The translations under genes were made by a program, and so were the position numbers. DNA of 63,731 nt, counting the filler, from a candidate division TA06 bacterium SM23_40 (GTDB lineage: Bacteria > LJUI01 > SM1-40): assembly GCA_001303705.1 (NCBI GenBank). It is 7 parts of 7 records of this genome, joined end to end, with 100 filler letters (N's around TTAATTAATTAA, not from the genome) between each part and the next. Parts side by side here need not be neighbours in the genome. Positions count along the whole stretch, not along the records: positions 16,241 to 22,638 come from LJUI01000141.1; positions 22,739 to 44,558 come from LJUI01000027.1; 5 more parts are not named here. The stretch is one strand, 5' to 3'. The notes below the pieces were generated by a model. The model had not been told where the DNA came from. It ran no database searches and saw nothing but the letters and a program-made list of their open reading frames with translations. Positions 21,101 to 30,233 of the stretch are shown in pieces; position 1 is the first letter of the stretch; each line of letters opens with the position of its first letter.

Positions 21101-21245
21101 GGGGCAGTGCTGCACCGACCACCAGGACCGCAGCGAGATGCAGGATCGTGCCCCGGACAGGCGTTCTCCCCCTTGCCCATGCAATGGTCAACCTGAGAAG
21201 ATGAACTACTGTTGCCCGTCTCCTCCCCCTACACGAAGGGCTCAT
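18120..21245 (-). CDS. Large acidic secreted protein with FN3-like module and T9SS-type CTD
   Basis: PPPSPDLHAVAGDGSVTLYWD, DFEGYKLYRS, YWYSVTSYD, RIRVVPNPY...IYTVSG...WDLRS...GKFAIIR. Confidence 0.85.
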   Translation of the reverse strand: MSPSCRGRRRATVVHLLRLTIAWARGRTPVRGTILHLAAVLVVGAALPLVLAAGILDAQAQEAPALRIDDQVPAIRFDGVIAGDPESGVEAPLQSEARVWEQYVGRTLPAVLMPLGDADRAVGVMDKGQLTNVTSNFGLLSNFHYFAPAMHWPLSASDVEQYCFGLGLLVATEDNVIESFTSQAGAEGDWSPVDGALGMYHSGIDTVADGTPLMATSDRPLSWPLANGERYWPGPFRIDPSTGLEVEGEFSADRDLFCVYNDADNALGPLGFEVRQLAYSYGRSYAEDFLFFDFTIIRTEGTALEDLYIGYFADFRVDFDFLDYLGGFDTTIDGDTLPDFFYYWDVGGTPDPPWTSVGVIGLGVLATPEDRGITDFHYFDHSSPHTTDEAIWPIFSSDTTDPDIDPSQYFHGGNVRFDDLSLLPDIFPGGRAIDFFLSTGPCTLAVGDTVRSAIVVVAGQDTADLFANLAMAQQMFENAYQGPGPPPSPDLHAVAGDGSVTLYWDSSPEMSRDQQSGEYDFEGYKLYRSGDRGTSWGDPVTDAEGNLIGYVPIAQFDLVDGIFGVDPVVNQWLGDETGLRHTFIDSDVINGVEYWYSVTSYDQGDPETSLQSFESSRGRSEQELNTVAVVPGARASNYIEGAASDPELFGGECDSWFDVEVIDPEALTGHKYEVTFIDTGTVVLLDTLGLPDTLRATTLTLVDMTSDDTLLANQALTDSTGDNIPVTHGFRLVAVDAAAAVANLEWTHVEGTQSTFDWFVEDREPGQMVAPAYVDGARDFRITIDTDSVGGGGTLARIDGVFYYTSIPWDTMHIWLPVAGEMLLEDGTPVPVDEMWLLDYRYGWDHVWFGPAGWDLTPGGAGYNPDPTFGDWFPDELGLYSYTVNGDGDTVDVQAVHVRTQNGPVTAIPPSDGDQFTAQVRKLFRSDVSYQFRTTAGRSVAGAGELDRIRVVPNPYVVAARYEASNLEHRIKFNHLPDECDIHIYTVSGDEVKRIHHRSRDGYMFWDLRSEHGLDIAYGLYVYVIETPDGRTKVGKFAIIR

Positions 21246-21459
21246 CCATTCCCCCTATTGTACCTGCACTACCACCGCACCGCCAGCGCAACACGATCAG
21301 ACTTCCTCGCGGATCCTCGTCTGTCTTGCCACCCAACACACTCGTCTCTCCTGCCCCCCCAGGCACATCCGCAGATAAACCTTTCACTGATGAAAGTCGC
21401 GCTCCGGCTACCCTCGCACAGAAACTCTGATCTACCCTTCCCTAGGTCGTAGTCTCGCG

Positions 21460-22638
21460 CTACCGCAACAACACCATTCGTCTCGTTTCGCTGCGCTCGC
21501 CCGCCTCCAGCCGGCAGAAGTAGATGCCGGAGCCAACCTCCCTCCCTCGCTCGTCGCGTCCATCCCACGCCACCTGATGTGAACCAGCGGGTGCGGTCCC
21601 GGAGACCAGTCCCCGCACACGAGCACCGCGGATATCGTACACGGCCAACCTAACCTGTGCCGCGGCTGCGAGCGAATAGGATATCGTTGTGCTCGACCCG
21701 AACGGATTGGGATGGTTCTGGGAAAGGTACAGATATCGAGGCCGAGGGATCTCATCAAGATCCCCGCTCACCTGCACATATCCGTTTGCATCGGTCTTGA
21801 TCAGATAGACATCGGCGTTCCCCGCGCCGAATGAGTCGGTGGATCCGGCGATGATGTACCCACGATCCTCGGTTGCCTCTATCCAGTGGCCGTAATCATG
21901 TTGCAAGCCCCCGAAGGTCCGCGTCCACACCGTGTCCCCCGCTTCGTCCGTCCTGATCAAATACACATCCCACCCGCCGACAGCGAACGTTTCAGTGTAT
22001 CCAGCGATGATGTAACCCCCATCGTCCGTCTGCGCGACCGAATACCCATACTCGTAATCTGAGCCGCCGTAGGTCCGCGTCCACAACGTGTCCCCCGCTC
22101 CATTCGTCTTGACAAGATACACGTTGTACCCTGGTGCGCCGAAGGAACCGGTCTGTCCAGCGATGATATATCCCCCGTCGTCCGTCTGCGCAACCGAGCG
22201 GCCGTGATCATAACCTGTGCCACCGTAGGTCCGCGTCCACAACGTGTCGCCCACAGCATCCGTCTTGATGAGATACACGTCGGGATTACCCGCACCGAAT
22301 GACTCCGTGGACCCGGCGATCACGTAGCCACCATCGTCCGTCCTCTCGACTGATTCGGCCCAGTCGATCTCTGGGCCGCCATAGGCCCGTGTCCACACCG
22401 TGTCGCCCGAAGAATCCGTCTTGACCAGATATACATCGCCATTACCTGCGCCGAAGGACTCCGTGTGCCCGGCCACGACGTAGCCACCATCGCCCGTCGT
22501 ATCGAGCGCCTTCGCATACTCATATTCGTTGCCGCCGTAGGTGCGCGTCCACAACGTGTCGCCCGCCCCGTCGGTCTTGATCAGATAGACATCGGCGACC
22601 CCCGCGCCGAACGAAAAGGTGTATCCAGCGACGACATA
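21460..22638 (-). CDS. WTRTYGG-repeat beta-propeller protein with FlgD-Ig CTD (5' partial)
   Basis: About 6 tandem ~50-aa repeats (WTRTYGG...QTDDGGYIIAG.T.SFGAG..DVYLIKTD); QNHPNPF CTD. Confidence 0.9.
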   Translation of the reverse strand, partial: YVVAGYTFSFGAGVADVYLIKTDGAGDTLWTRTYGGNEYEYAKALDTTGDGGYVVAGHTESFGAGNGDVYLVKTDSSGDTVWTRAYGGPEIDWAESVERTDDGGYVIAGSTESFGAGNPDVYLIKTDAVGDTLWTRTYGGTGYDHGRSVAQTDDGGYIIAGQTGSFGAPGYNVYLVKTNGAGDTLWTRTYGGSDYEYGYSVAQTDDGGYIIAGYTETFAVGGWDVYLIRTDEAGDTVWTRTFGGLQHDYGHWIEATEDRGYIIAGSTDSFGAGNADVYLIKTDANGYVQVSGDLDEIPRPRYLYLSQNHPNPFGSSTTISYSLAAAAQVRLAVYDIRGARVRGLVSGTAPAGSHQVAWDGRDERGREVGSGIYFCRLEAGERSETRRMVLLR

Positions 22639-22738
22639 NNNNNNNNNNNNNNNNNNNNNNNNNNNNNNNNNNNNNNNNNNNNTTAATTAATTAANNNNNN
22701 NNNNNNNNNNNNNNNNNNNNNNNNNNNNNNNNNNNNNN
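22639..22738. other. Artificial contig linker
   Basis: N/TTAATTAATTAA/N. Confidence 0.99.
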
Positions 22739-23155
22739 GAGAGGGCGTTGACGGACGAGGTCGCGAGTATGATGGGCAAGAGGGCGATCGTGACGGCCGG
22801 CAGAACGACGGTCGGGGAACTGGCAGCGGTCCTTGCGCGCTGCCGCGTGCTGGTGACGAATGATTCGGGGCCGATGCACGTTGCCACGGGGGTGGGGACT
22901 CCTGTTGTCGCCATCTTCGGCGCGACCACGCCGGAACTGGGGTTCGCTCCTCTCGGTGAGAGAGATATCATCGTCTCGAGGTCGTTGGAATGCCGTCCCT
23001 GCAGCCTGCACGGATCGGAGCGATGTCCGGTTGGCACGTTCGAATGCATGGAAGGCATCGAGGCGCAGGAGGTTTTCGAGAAGACACTCAGTCTGATCGG
23101 ATCGACCTACGAGCCTGCACGTCTCCCCGAGATGAGCGCCTGCCGACCGCACTGA
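22739..23155 (+). CDS. GT9 heptosyltransferase (5' partial)
   Basis: NDSGPMHVA..VGTPVVAIFG, C-terminal CRPC...C. Confidence 0.9.
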   Translation, partial: ERALTDEVASMMGKRAIVTAGRTTVGELAAVLARCRVLVTNDSGPMHVATGVGTPVVAIFGATTPELGFAPLGERDIIVSRSLECRPCSLHGSERCPVGTFECMEGIEAQEVFEKTLSLIGSTYEPARLPEMSACRPH

Positions 23156-23246
23156 GTGGGAGGGCAATCCGGGGGTAGAGTGAAAGAGGGGAGAGGAGGC
23201 GTCGGCGACGTCGGGCTCTGAAGAGCGCGGAAGATATGGATCGGAG

Positions 23247-24359
23247 ATGATGGAGAGGACCGGATTGTCGAAACTGCCGGAGAGAATCGAGGCTGCTCGA
23301 GGATCCCGTGCCGTGCGGGTGGCGGTGCGAGTACCCAACTGGATCGGGGATGCGGTGCTCTCGACGAGCGTTCTCGGAGCGCTCGGGGAGGCCCTGTCCG
23401 ACGCTGAGATCACAATCATAGCACACCGCCGCGTCGCTCCCATCTTCCTTCCCTCATACAACGGGATGAGGGTCCGGGTTTTCGATCCAGTTCTCCAACA
23501 TCGAGGGGTTCGGGGTCTTGTGCGGTTCGGTCGCGGTCTCCGGGAGGATGGGTTTGACATGGCGTTCGTGCTGCCGCTGTCGTTCTCGTCGGCGTTCATG
23601 ACATATCTTTCGGGCGCCGGAGAGCGGATCGGATACGCTACGCAGTACCGGAGCCGGTTGCTGACACGGACACTTCCCCTGCCGCACGACTACCGGAATC
23701 GCCATCTCATCAGTCACTATCAGGCATTGCTCGAGGTTGTTGGTGTCGATAACCGGCGTCGAAGGCCAGAAGTCCAGGTGACATCCAGAGCTGATGATGC
23801 TGCACGGCGCTGGCTCGGTCGGTACTCAGTCAGTGAATCGGATCCACTCGTCGGCCTTGCTCCCGGTGCAAGCTACGGCCTGGCCAAGCGATGGCCAGGT
23901 GAGCGCTTCGCCAGCGTGGCGAGAACGCTCGCCCGCGAGTATTCCGTGCGCGTACTCGTGCTCGGGGGAATGGAAGATGCGGGGCTCAACGGTATCTATG
24001 GCCTGAGCGATGCCTCAGTGATCGACCTCACCGGGAAGACATCACTCGATGAGGCGGCGGCGCTGATCAGGCGGTGTGAGCTGTTCATCTCCAACGACTC
24101 GGGACTGATGCACGTTGCCGCCGCTGTGGGGACTCCTGTCGTCGCCATCTTCGGGTCGACGAGTCCTACGTGGACGGGACCCATCGGAGAGAGGCACACG
24201 GTCCTCGCTGGCCGGGCAGACTGTGCTCCTTGTTTTGCCAGAGTCTGTCCGTACGCGACATATGATTGCCTCGACCGTATCCAGGTGAGCGACGTTCTGG
24301 AGGCATCGAGACGAACGCTTGAGGAAGGTGTCTTCACAAACAGGGAGCGACCAGGTTGA
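23247..24359 (+). CDS. waaF: LPS heptosyltransferase II (GT9)
   Basis: PNWIGDAVL, LPLSFSSA, APGASYGLAKRWP, NDSGLMHVA, CAPC. Confidence 0.88.
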   Translation: MMERTGLSKLPERIEAARGSRAVRVAVRVPNWIGDAVLSTSVLGALGEALSDAEITIIAHRRVAPIFLPSYNGMRVRVFDPVLQHRGVRGLVRFGRGLREDGFDMAFVLPLSFSSAFMTYLSGAGERIGYATQYRSRLLTRTLPLPHDYRNRHLISHYQALLEVVGVDNRRRRPEVQVTSRADDAARRWLGRYSVSESDPLVGLAPGASYGLAKRWPGERFASVARTLAREYSVRVLVLGGMEDAGLNGIYGLSDASVIDLTGKTSLDEAAALIRRCELFISNDSGLMHVAAAVGTPVVAIFGSTSPTWTGPIGERHTVLAGRADCAPCFARVCPYATYDCLDRIQVSDVLEASRRTLEEGVFTNRERPG

Positions 24360-24967
24360 GGCGCGATGAGTTGGGCCGGATCGCGGTCTTTCTCGACCGC
24401 GATGGAACCGTCAACCGAGAGGTTGGCTATCTGAGTGACCGAACGCGGCTGGCCCTGTATCCTGACGCTGGTGAGGCCATACGCACGCTGAATCGGCTGG
24501 GCGTCAAGGTCGTGCTCGTCAGCAACCAGTCAGGGGTCGGTCGAGGATTCTTTCCACCTGAGGCGGTTGAGGAGGTCAATGCTGAGTTGAGGCGCCTTCT
24601 CGGGCGCCTGGGAGCCAATCTCGACGCGATCTATTGGTGTAGCCATGTCCCCGAAGACGGATGCGATTGTCGCAAGCCCGAACCCGGTCAGGTGCGGCGT
24701 GCTGAGCGCGAGCTGGGGATCGATCCGCGGCGATCGTATGTGGTCGGAGATCGCACCAGTGATCTCGAACTTGCACGCCAGGTGGGCGCCAAGTCGGTCC
24801 TCGTCCTCACCGGCTATGGCAAGGAAGTCTATGAGGGCGGAGCGAGAGCGGACTATGTGGCCCGTGGGCTGGGGGATGCAGTCCAGTGGATCGTGAAGGA
24901 TCTGGGCGAGGAGCAGCATGGAAACAAGTGCGATGGACTCGCTCGTGCGCCGTTTCGCAGGTCGTAA
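24356..24967 (+). CDS. gmhB: D-glycero-manno-heptose-1,7-bisphosphate phosphatase
   Basis: FLDRDGT, SNQSGVGRG, CSH...CDCRKP, VGDR..D, LTGYG. Confidence 0.92.
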   Translation: MRRDELGRIAVFLDRDGTVNREVGYLSDRTRLALYPDAGEAIRTLNRLGVKVVLVSNQSGVGRGFFPPEAVEEVNAELRRLLGRLGANLDAIYWCSHVPEDGCDCRKPEPGQVRRAERELGIDPRRSYVVGDRTSDLELARQVGAKSVLVLTGYGKEVYEGGARADYVARGLGDAVQWIVKDLGEEQHGNKCDGLARAPFRRS

Positions 24968-25937
24968 GATACTGATAGTTGGTGATATCATCGCTGACGA
25001 ATACATTTCCGGCACGAGCTCCCGAATCTCACGCGAAGCACCGGTGCTCGTGCTGAAATTTCATTCGGAGCATGTGCGGCCCGGCGGTGCGGGAAATGCG
25101 GCAGCGAATGTCAGCTCTCTCGGGGGCACCCCTCTGCTGGTCGGTGTGCTCGGTCAGGACAGGGTGGGGGATGAGGTGCGACAGTGGTTCACGCACGCCG
25201 GGATTTCCACCGATTATCTTCTGACGAGAGATGGAGCGGAGACAACGAGAAAGACGCGGATCATGGCCGGTGGCCACCACACGTCCAAGCAACAGGTCAT
25301 CAGGATCGACAGGGACCAGTCCCCGGAGATCGATAGAGAGCTCGAGTCTGAGATTTGCGACCGCCTGGAGCATCTGCTTCCCGAGGCAGACGGGGTCATA
25401 ATCTCCGATTACGGACATGGAGTCCTAGCAGAGAGGGTGAGGCGCAGCGCACTCGATCTCGCAGTGCATCACAGGAAGGTCGTCTGTGTCGATTCCCGAC
25501 ATGATATTCGATCGTTCCGTGGGGCCACGCTGGCGACGCCCAATGAGGAAGAGATGGAGGAAGCGTGCGGCCACCCTGTCGACCGGGACGATGATCTTCG
25601 GCGTGGCGGGCAGTCATTGCGGAAAGAACTGGCGCTCGATGCGCTCATCGTCACGCGCGGCAGACTCGGGCTCACCCTGTTCGAGTCATCGGGGAACGTC
25701 GAGCACTATCCGATATATGGCAGCGATGAGGTCGCCGATGTGACGGGCGCGGGCGATACGGTCGCAGCAGTCGCCGCACTCTCGCTGGGGGCGGGCGGTT
25801 CATTCCGTGAGGCAGCATACCTCGCCAATCTGGCCGGGGGTATCGTGGTCATGAAACGTGGCGCCGCCACGCTCTCTCCGGCGGAGCTCCTGGCTGCGAC
25901 TGAGGCGGCGGAGCGATGGGATGAGAGAACGGAATAG
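24918..25937 (+). CDS. rfaE1: Heptose-7-phosphate kinase (HldE/RfaE kinase domain)
   Basis: RISREAPV, GGAGNAAAN, SDYG, TPNEEE, DVTGAGDT. Confidence 0.9.
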   Translation: METSAMDSLVRRFAGRKILIVGDIIADEYISGTSSRISREAPVLVLKFHSEHVRPGGAGNAAANVSSLGGTPLLVGVLGQDRVGDEVRQWFTHAGISTDYLLTRDGAETTRKTRIMAGGHHTSKQQVIRIDRDQSPEIDRELESEICDRLEHLLPEADGVIISDYGHGVLAERVRRSALDLAVHHRKVVCVDSRHDIRSFRGATLATPNEEEMEEACGHPVDRDDDLRRGGQSLRKELALDALIVTRGRLGLTLFESSGNVEHYPIYGSDEVADVTGAGDTVAAVAALSLGAGGSFREAAYLANLAGGIVVMKRGAATLSPAELLAATEAAERWDERTE

Positions 25938-26427
25938 GAAGGTGAAGACGATTCCGGAGATGGCCGGGATCGCAGGGCGTCTGAGGAGCGAAGGACGCCG
26001 GCTCGTCCTTGCCAACGGCTGCTTCGACATCATTCACGTCGGCCACATCCGCTATCTCGAGGGCGCGCGCGCTGCCGGTGACCTACTTCTGGTTGCCGTC
26101 AACGGTGACAGATCGGTGAGGGCACTGAAAGGTGATGGACGTCCGCTTATGCCCGCCGATGAGCGAGCCGAGATCGTGGCGTCATTCGGGTGTGTCAACT
26201 ACGTTATTATATTCGATGAACCTACGGTCGATCACGTCCTCACTCGTATCCAGCCGGCTGTACACGCGAAGGGCACTGACTACACGCCGGAATCGGTGCC
26301 AGAGCGAGAGACCGTGCGCTCATACGGGGGCGAGGTTGCGATCGTGGGCGATCGGAAATGCCACGCCACGCGCAATATCATTGACATCATCGTCAGAAGG
26401 TTCAGTGCCAGAACGTGCGGGGGATGA
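25921..26427 (+). CDS. rfaE2: Heptose-1-phosphate adenylyltransferase (HldE/RfaE domain II)
   Basis: ANGCFDIIHVGHIRYL, LKGDGRP, KGTDY; ATG at 25921. Confidence 0.9.
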   Translation: MRERNRKVKTIPEMAGIAGRLRSEGRRLVLANGCFDIIHVGHIRYLEGARAAGDLLLVAVNGDRSVRALKGDGRPLMPADERAEIVASFGCVNYVIIFDEPTVDHVLTRIQPAVHAKGTDYTPESVPERETVRSYGGEVAIVGDRKCHATRNIIDIIVRRFSARTCGG

Positions 26428-26430
26428 TGT

Positions 26431-27237
26431 ATGGCGAGCCGTGTGGGGGCCGCTCTCATCGTGCGGAATGAGGAGAAACAGATCGCCAGGTGTCTCCAGG
26501 GCGTGCAATGGGCGGATGAGATCCTGGTGGTCGACGGGTTGAGCACCGATCGGACTGCAGATATCTGTCGCCAATACGGGGCGAAGGTCGTCAGCAATCC
26601 CTGGGAGGGATACGTAAGACAACGCCGGATCGCCCTTTCGCATATCGACTCAGAGTGGGTCCTCATGGTCGATGCTGATGAGGTCGTCTCGCCACCGCTG
26701 GCAGAGGAGATCCGGAGGTTCGTGGCCTCGGATGAACAGGCGAGCGGATGTCTCATATCGCGGCGCAACTACTTCCTCGGCAAGTGGATCAGGGGGTGCG
26801 GGTGGTACCCTGACTACCAGCTCAAGTTGTTTCGAAAGGATGGTGTGGTCTTCAATGACGTCGAAGTCCACGAGGGCGCGATAGTACGTGGGAAGATCGT
26901 CACACTCAAAAACCACATCGACCACCACACTGCTCCCAGTCTCTTCGACTATATCGACAGGTTCAACGTCTATACTTCGTTTGAAGTGGCAAACAGGCTC
27001 ACGGGGCTGGGTAAGGATAGCGGGGGGTGGGCCGAGATGATCGGGAGCGCGCTTGTGCATTTCTGGAAGACATTCGTGCGGCGCAAGGGATATCAGGATG
27101 GGTACCACGGGTTTCTCGTGTCGGTGCTATCGAGCATGTATAAGGGTGTGACCTACGCGAAGGTATGGGAGTATCGGTGGCGTAAAAGGAGGGGCGAGCC
27201 GACGCCACCGATACGGGCTGGCGACTTCGATGGGTGA
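26431..27237 (+). CDS. GT2 glycosyltransferase (KdtX/WaaE-like)
   Basis: RNEE, VVDGLSTDRT, VDADE, WYPDYQ, VHE. Confidence 0.9.
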   Translation: MASRVGAALIVRNEEKQIARCLQGVQWADEILVVDGLSTDRTADICRQYGAKVVSNPWEGYVRQRRIALSHIDSEWVLMVDADEVVSPPLAEEIRRFVASDEQASGCLISRRNYFLGKWIRGCGWYPDYQLKLFRKDGVVFNDVEVHEGAIVRGKIVTLKNHIDHHTAPSLFDYIDRFNVYTSFEVANRLTGLGKDSGGWAEMIGSALVHFWKTFVRRKGYQDGYHGFLVSVLSSMYKGVTYAKVWEYRWRKRRGEPTPPIRAGDFDG

Positions 27238-28354
27238 GTACAGCCGGAAACCGAAGCTGCTGCATGTGTGCGGTTCGACCGCCTGGGGTGGTCTGGAGAT
27301 GCAGATGGTCTCCTTGGCTGAGCAGCTCAGTGCGAAAACGGATGGCGTTCGGTGTGTTGTTCACCCGGAGGGTCGTATCGCCTCCGAATGTGTCGCTCGA
27401 GGGCTTCCTGTCATCCCGCTACAACTCGGACGCTACCTTTCCTCAGGTGCTGTCTCCCGGCTGCGGGGAGCTGCCCGCCGTCTGTCTGTCGATCTTATCC
27501 ACTGTCACCTGTCCCAAGATCTCTGGTCGATCATTCCAGCTACTCTGGGGCTCGGCATCCCGGTGGTGCTGACGAAGGCCATCGGTTCCTACGTCAAGAA
27601 GAAAGATCCGCTCCATCGGTGGTTGTATGGCCGCGTTTCCCGGGTCATCGCGATCTCAGACGTCATCAGGCGGAACGTCATCGATACTTGCCCGATTGCT
27701 CCGGGGAACGTCGTCACCATATATCCCGGTGTCGACGTCGAGAGATTCACACCCGGGGATGGAGTTGGCGACGCGGTGCGGGCAAGACTGGGCATCGAGG
27801 ACGGTGTCTCCGCGGTCGGCATAGTCGGTCGGCTCGAGCCCTGGAAAGGGCAGTTGGAATTCATCGAGGCGGCAGCACTCGTCCACAGGGAACACCCGCG
27901 TACGAACTTTATCGTGGCCGGTGCAGATACTACTCCCGGGAGACAGTTTCGCAGATTCCTCGAGCAGAGAGTTAGTGATCTCGGCCTCCAGGGTTCTGTT
28001 GTCTTCACGGGTCATGTGAGCGATGTGGCCTCGCTCCTTCGCGCGCTCGACGTCTTCGTCTTTCCGTCCCGCGCGGAGGCCTTCGGACTGGCCCTTGCCG
28101 AGGCAATGGCGACGGGGATCGCTTGTATTGCCGCGAAAGCTGAGGGAGTGGAGGAGATCGTAGAAGATCAGACAGACGGACTTCTCTTTTCTCCGGGAGA
28201 TGTGCAGGAGATGGCGAGGAGTATCTCGCTGGTGCTGTCCAGAGCAGATGTTCGAAAGGCTCTGGCGGAACGCGCACGGGAGAAGGTGGCCAGGGAGTTC
28301 AGCCTCGGTTCTATGGTTGAGCGGGTGATGGCAATCTATGGTGAGGTGTTGTGA
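27230..28354 (+). CDS. GT4 glycosyltransferase
   Basis: WGGLE, GRLEPWKG, PSRAEAFGLALAEAMA. Confidence 0.92.
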   Translation: MGEYSRKPKLLHVCGSTAWGGLEMQMVSLAEQLSAKTDGVRCVVHPEGRIASECVARGLPVIPLQLGRYLSSGAVSRLRGAARRLSVDLIHCHLSQDLWSIIPATLGLGIPVVLTKAIGSYVKKKDPLHRWLYGRVSRVIAISDVIRRNVIDTCPIAPGNVVTIYPGVDVERFTPGDGVGDAVRARLGIEDGVSAVGIVGRLEPWKGQLEFIEAAALVHREHPRTNFIVAGADTTPGRQFRRFLEQRVSDLGLQGSVVFTGHVSDVASLLRALDVFVFPSRAEAFGLALAEAMATGIACIAAKAEGVEEIVEDQTDGLLFSPGDVQEMARSISLVLSRADVRKALAERAREKVAREFSLGSMVERVMAIYGEVL

Positions 28355-29172
28355 TGGCGACCATTTCGGTGGTCATCGTTGCCCGTGATGAGGAAAAGAA
28401 TATCGAGACCTGTCTGCAGAGTGTCTCGTGGGCCGATGAGACTATCGTTATCGTCGATGATAGGACGGTTGACCGTACCGCCGAACTGGCTGCGCCACTC
28501 GCCACACGGGTTTATCATCATGAGTGGGAGGGGTACGGGGGGACGAAGAACTGGGCGATCGCTCAGGCGAGTGGGGATTGGATCCTATCCCTCGATGCTG
28601 ACGAGCGTGTGCCCGAAGCATTGGCCCGCGAGATCCGCGACGAGGTCCTTGCGCGCGATCCGGAGGTCGCCGCGTACCGGATGGCGAGGCTTCCCTATTT
28701 CCTGGGTCGGGAGATCCGTCATTGCGGCTGGTATCCCGGATACGTGCTCCGGCTCTTCCGCAAGGGGAGAGTCGTCTATGACGGGGCACTCGTCCACGAG
28801 TCGGTCGAGGTCGATGGATCAATAGCGTGTCTACATAATGAGCTCGAACATTTCACAGATCCGACCATCTATCATTACCTACGTAAGCTCAATCGATACA
28901 CGACGCTCGCTGCACAGGACCTCAGTTCGGAGGGGCGCCGCGGGAGTCTGAGAGACTTAGTGCTGCGGCCTCCTGCATTCTTCCTCCGAATGTATCTGCT
29001 GAGAGGCGGGTTTCTTGATGGCATGCATGGATTCATGTTGAGCTATCTCTCGGCGTTCTATGTCTTCGTGAAGTATGCAAAGCTCTTTACCCTCAGGTCG
29101 TCGGTCCCGAGAGTCACACCCGGGTCAGGGGGTCCAGGAGTGGGGCGATCGGCTGCCGCGGCGGATGGATGA
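28351..29172 (+). CDS. GT2 glycosyltransferase (KdtX/WaaE-like)
   Basis: DEE, LDADE, WYPGY, VHE, GFLDG. Confidence 0.9.
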   Translation: MMATISVVIVARDEEKNIETCLQSVSWADETIVIVDDRTVDRTAELAAPLATRVYHHEWEGYGGTKNWAIAQASGDWILSLDADERVPEALAREIRDEVLARDPEVAAYRMARLPYFLGREIRHCGWYPGYVLRLFRKGRVVYDGALVHESVEVDGSIACLHNELEHFTDPTIYHYLRKLNRYTTLAAQDLSSEGRRGSLRDLVLRPPAFFLRMYLLRGGFLDGMHGFMLSYLSAFYVFVKYAKLFTLRSSVPRVTPGSGGPGVGRSAAAADG

Positions 29173-30233
29173 TAGGTGCTCCGATGGAACGAATTCTGGT
29201 GGTGAAGCTTCGCCAGATGGGCGATACCGTGATCCTCACGCCGATGCTCCGTGCTCTCCGACGCGCCCACCCCCGGGCACGTATCGTTGTTGTAGTGCCA
29301 TCGGTGTGGGCAGATCTCTTGGAGACAAGTCCGCATATCGATCGGTTGATCGGCTATCGGGGAGGGTCGTTCTACGGAACGCTCGCACTCATACGGGAGT
29401 TGAGGCAGGAGCGGTTCGATCTGGGTATCAATCCTCACGCCAGCTCCCGCAGCGCCTGGATTCTGTTCCTGAGCGCAGTGACTCAGCGTGTAGTCGATAA
29501 CCGCAGTGGCCGAGCCCTCTTCTCGACCGTGAATGTGCCACATCCTCCCAGGGGGCGTGCTGCGGTGGAGAGGGATCTCGACTGCATCCGCAGTCTGGGG
29601 CTCGAGTCGGATGGCTCGAACATCGAGCTCTTCCTGACGACTGAAGACAGAGCGGTGGCGCGCAGGTTCCTCGAGGAGCGCGGCCTGGTTGACGGTGCCC
29701 TGCGTGTCGCAATAGCCCCCGGAGCGAGCGCACCCGCCAAGCAGTGGTCTGCGGCACGATTCGCCTCTGTGGCCGATATACTGGCACAAGACGCTGGCGT
29801 CCACGTTCTGCTCGTGGGAGCACCGGAGGAGACAGAACTTCTCAACGAGGTCGAATCCCGGATGGCCGCGAGGCCAACAACGGTACAGATTAGTCAGCTC
29901 CGTCATCTGGCCGCTATCCTTGAACGCTGTAGCCTCTTTCTGGGGAACGACTCCGGGCCCAAGCACCTCGCAGTGGGGGTGGGAACTCCCACACTCAGCA
30001 TCTTCGGTCCTGAAGACGCAGTCGAGTGGCATCCGTATGAAGCTGAAGAGGGACATGTGGCGATTATCAAGGACGTCGACTGTCGGGAAGGAGGGTGTGG
30101 AAAGAAGGTCTGCGATGATCATCGGTGCATGGGCCTCATAACGGTCGATGAGGTTGTCGGAGGGGCGCGCACTTTACTTCGGCTCAAGAAGAACCGTGAC
30201 AGTCTGACGGTAAGGGGAGGTGCGCTGTGGTGA
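29169..30233 (+). CDS. GT9 heptosyltransferase
   Basis: RQMGDTVI, KQW, NDSGPKHLA. Confidence 0.9.
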   Translation: MIGAPMERILVVKLRQMGDTVILTPMLRALRRAHPRARIVVVVPSVWADLLETSPHIDRLIGYRGGSFYGTLALIRELRQERFDLGINPHASSRSAWILFLSAVTQRVVDNRSGRALFSTVNVPHPPRGRAAVERDLDCIRSLGLESDGSNIELFLTTEDRAVARRFLEERGLVDGALRVAIAPGASAPAKQWSAARFASVADILAQDAGVHVLLVGAPEETELLNEVESRMAARPTTVQISQLRHLAAILERCSLFLGNDSGPKHLAVGVGTPTLSIFGPEDAVEWHPYEAEEGHVAIIKDVDCREGGCGKKVCDDHRCMGLITVDEVVGGARTLLRLKKNRDSLTVRGGALW

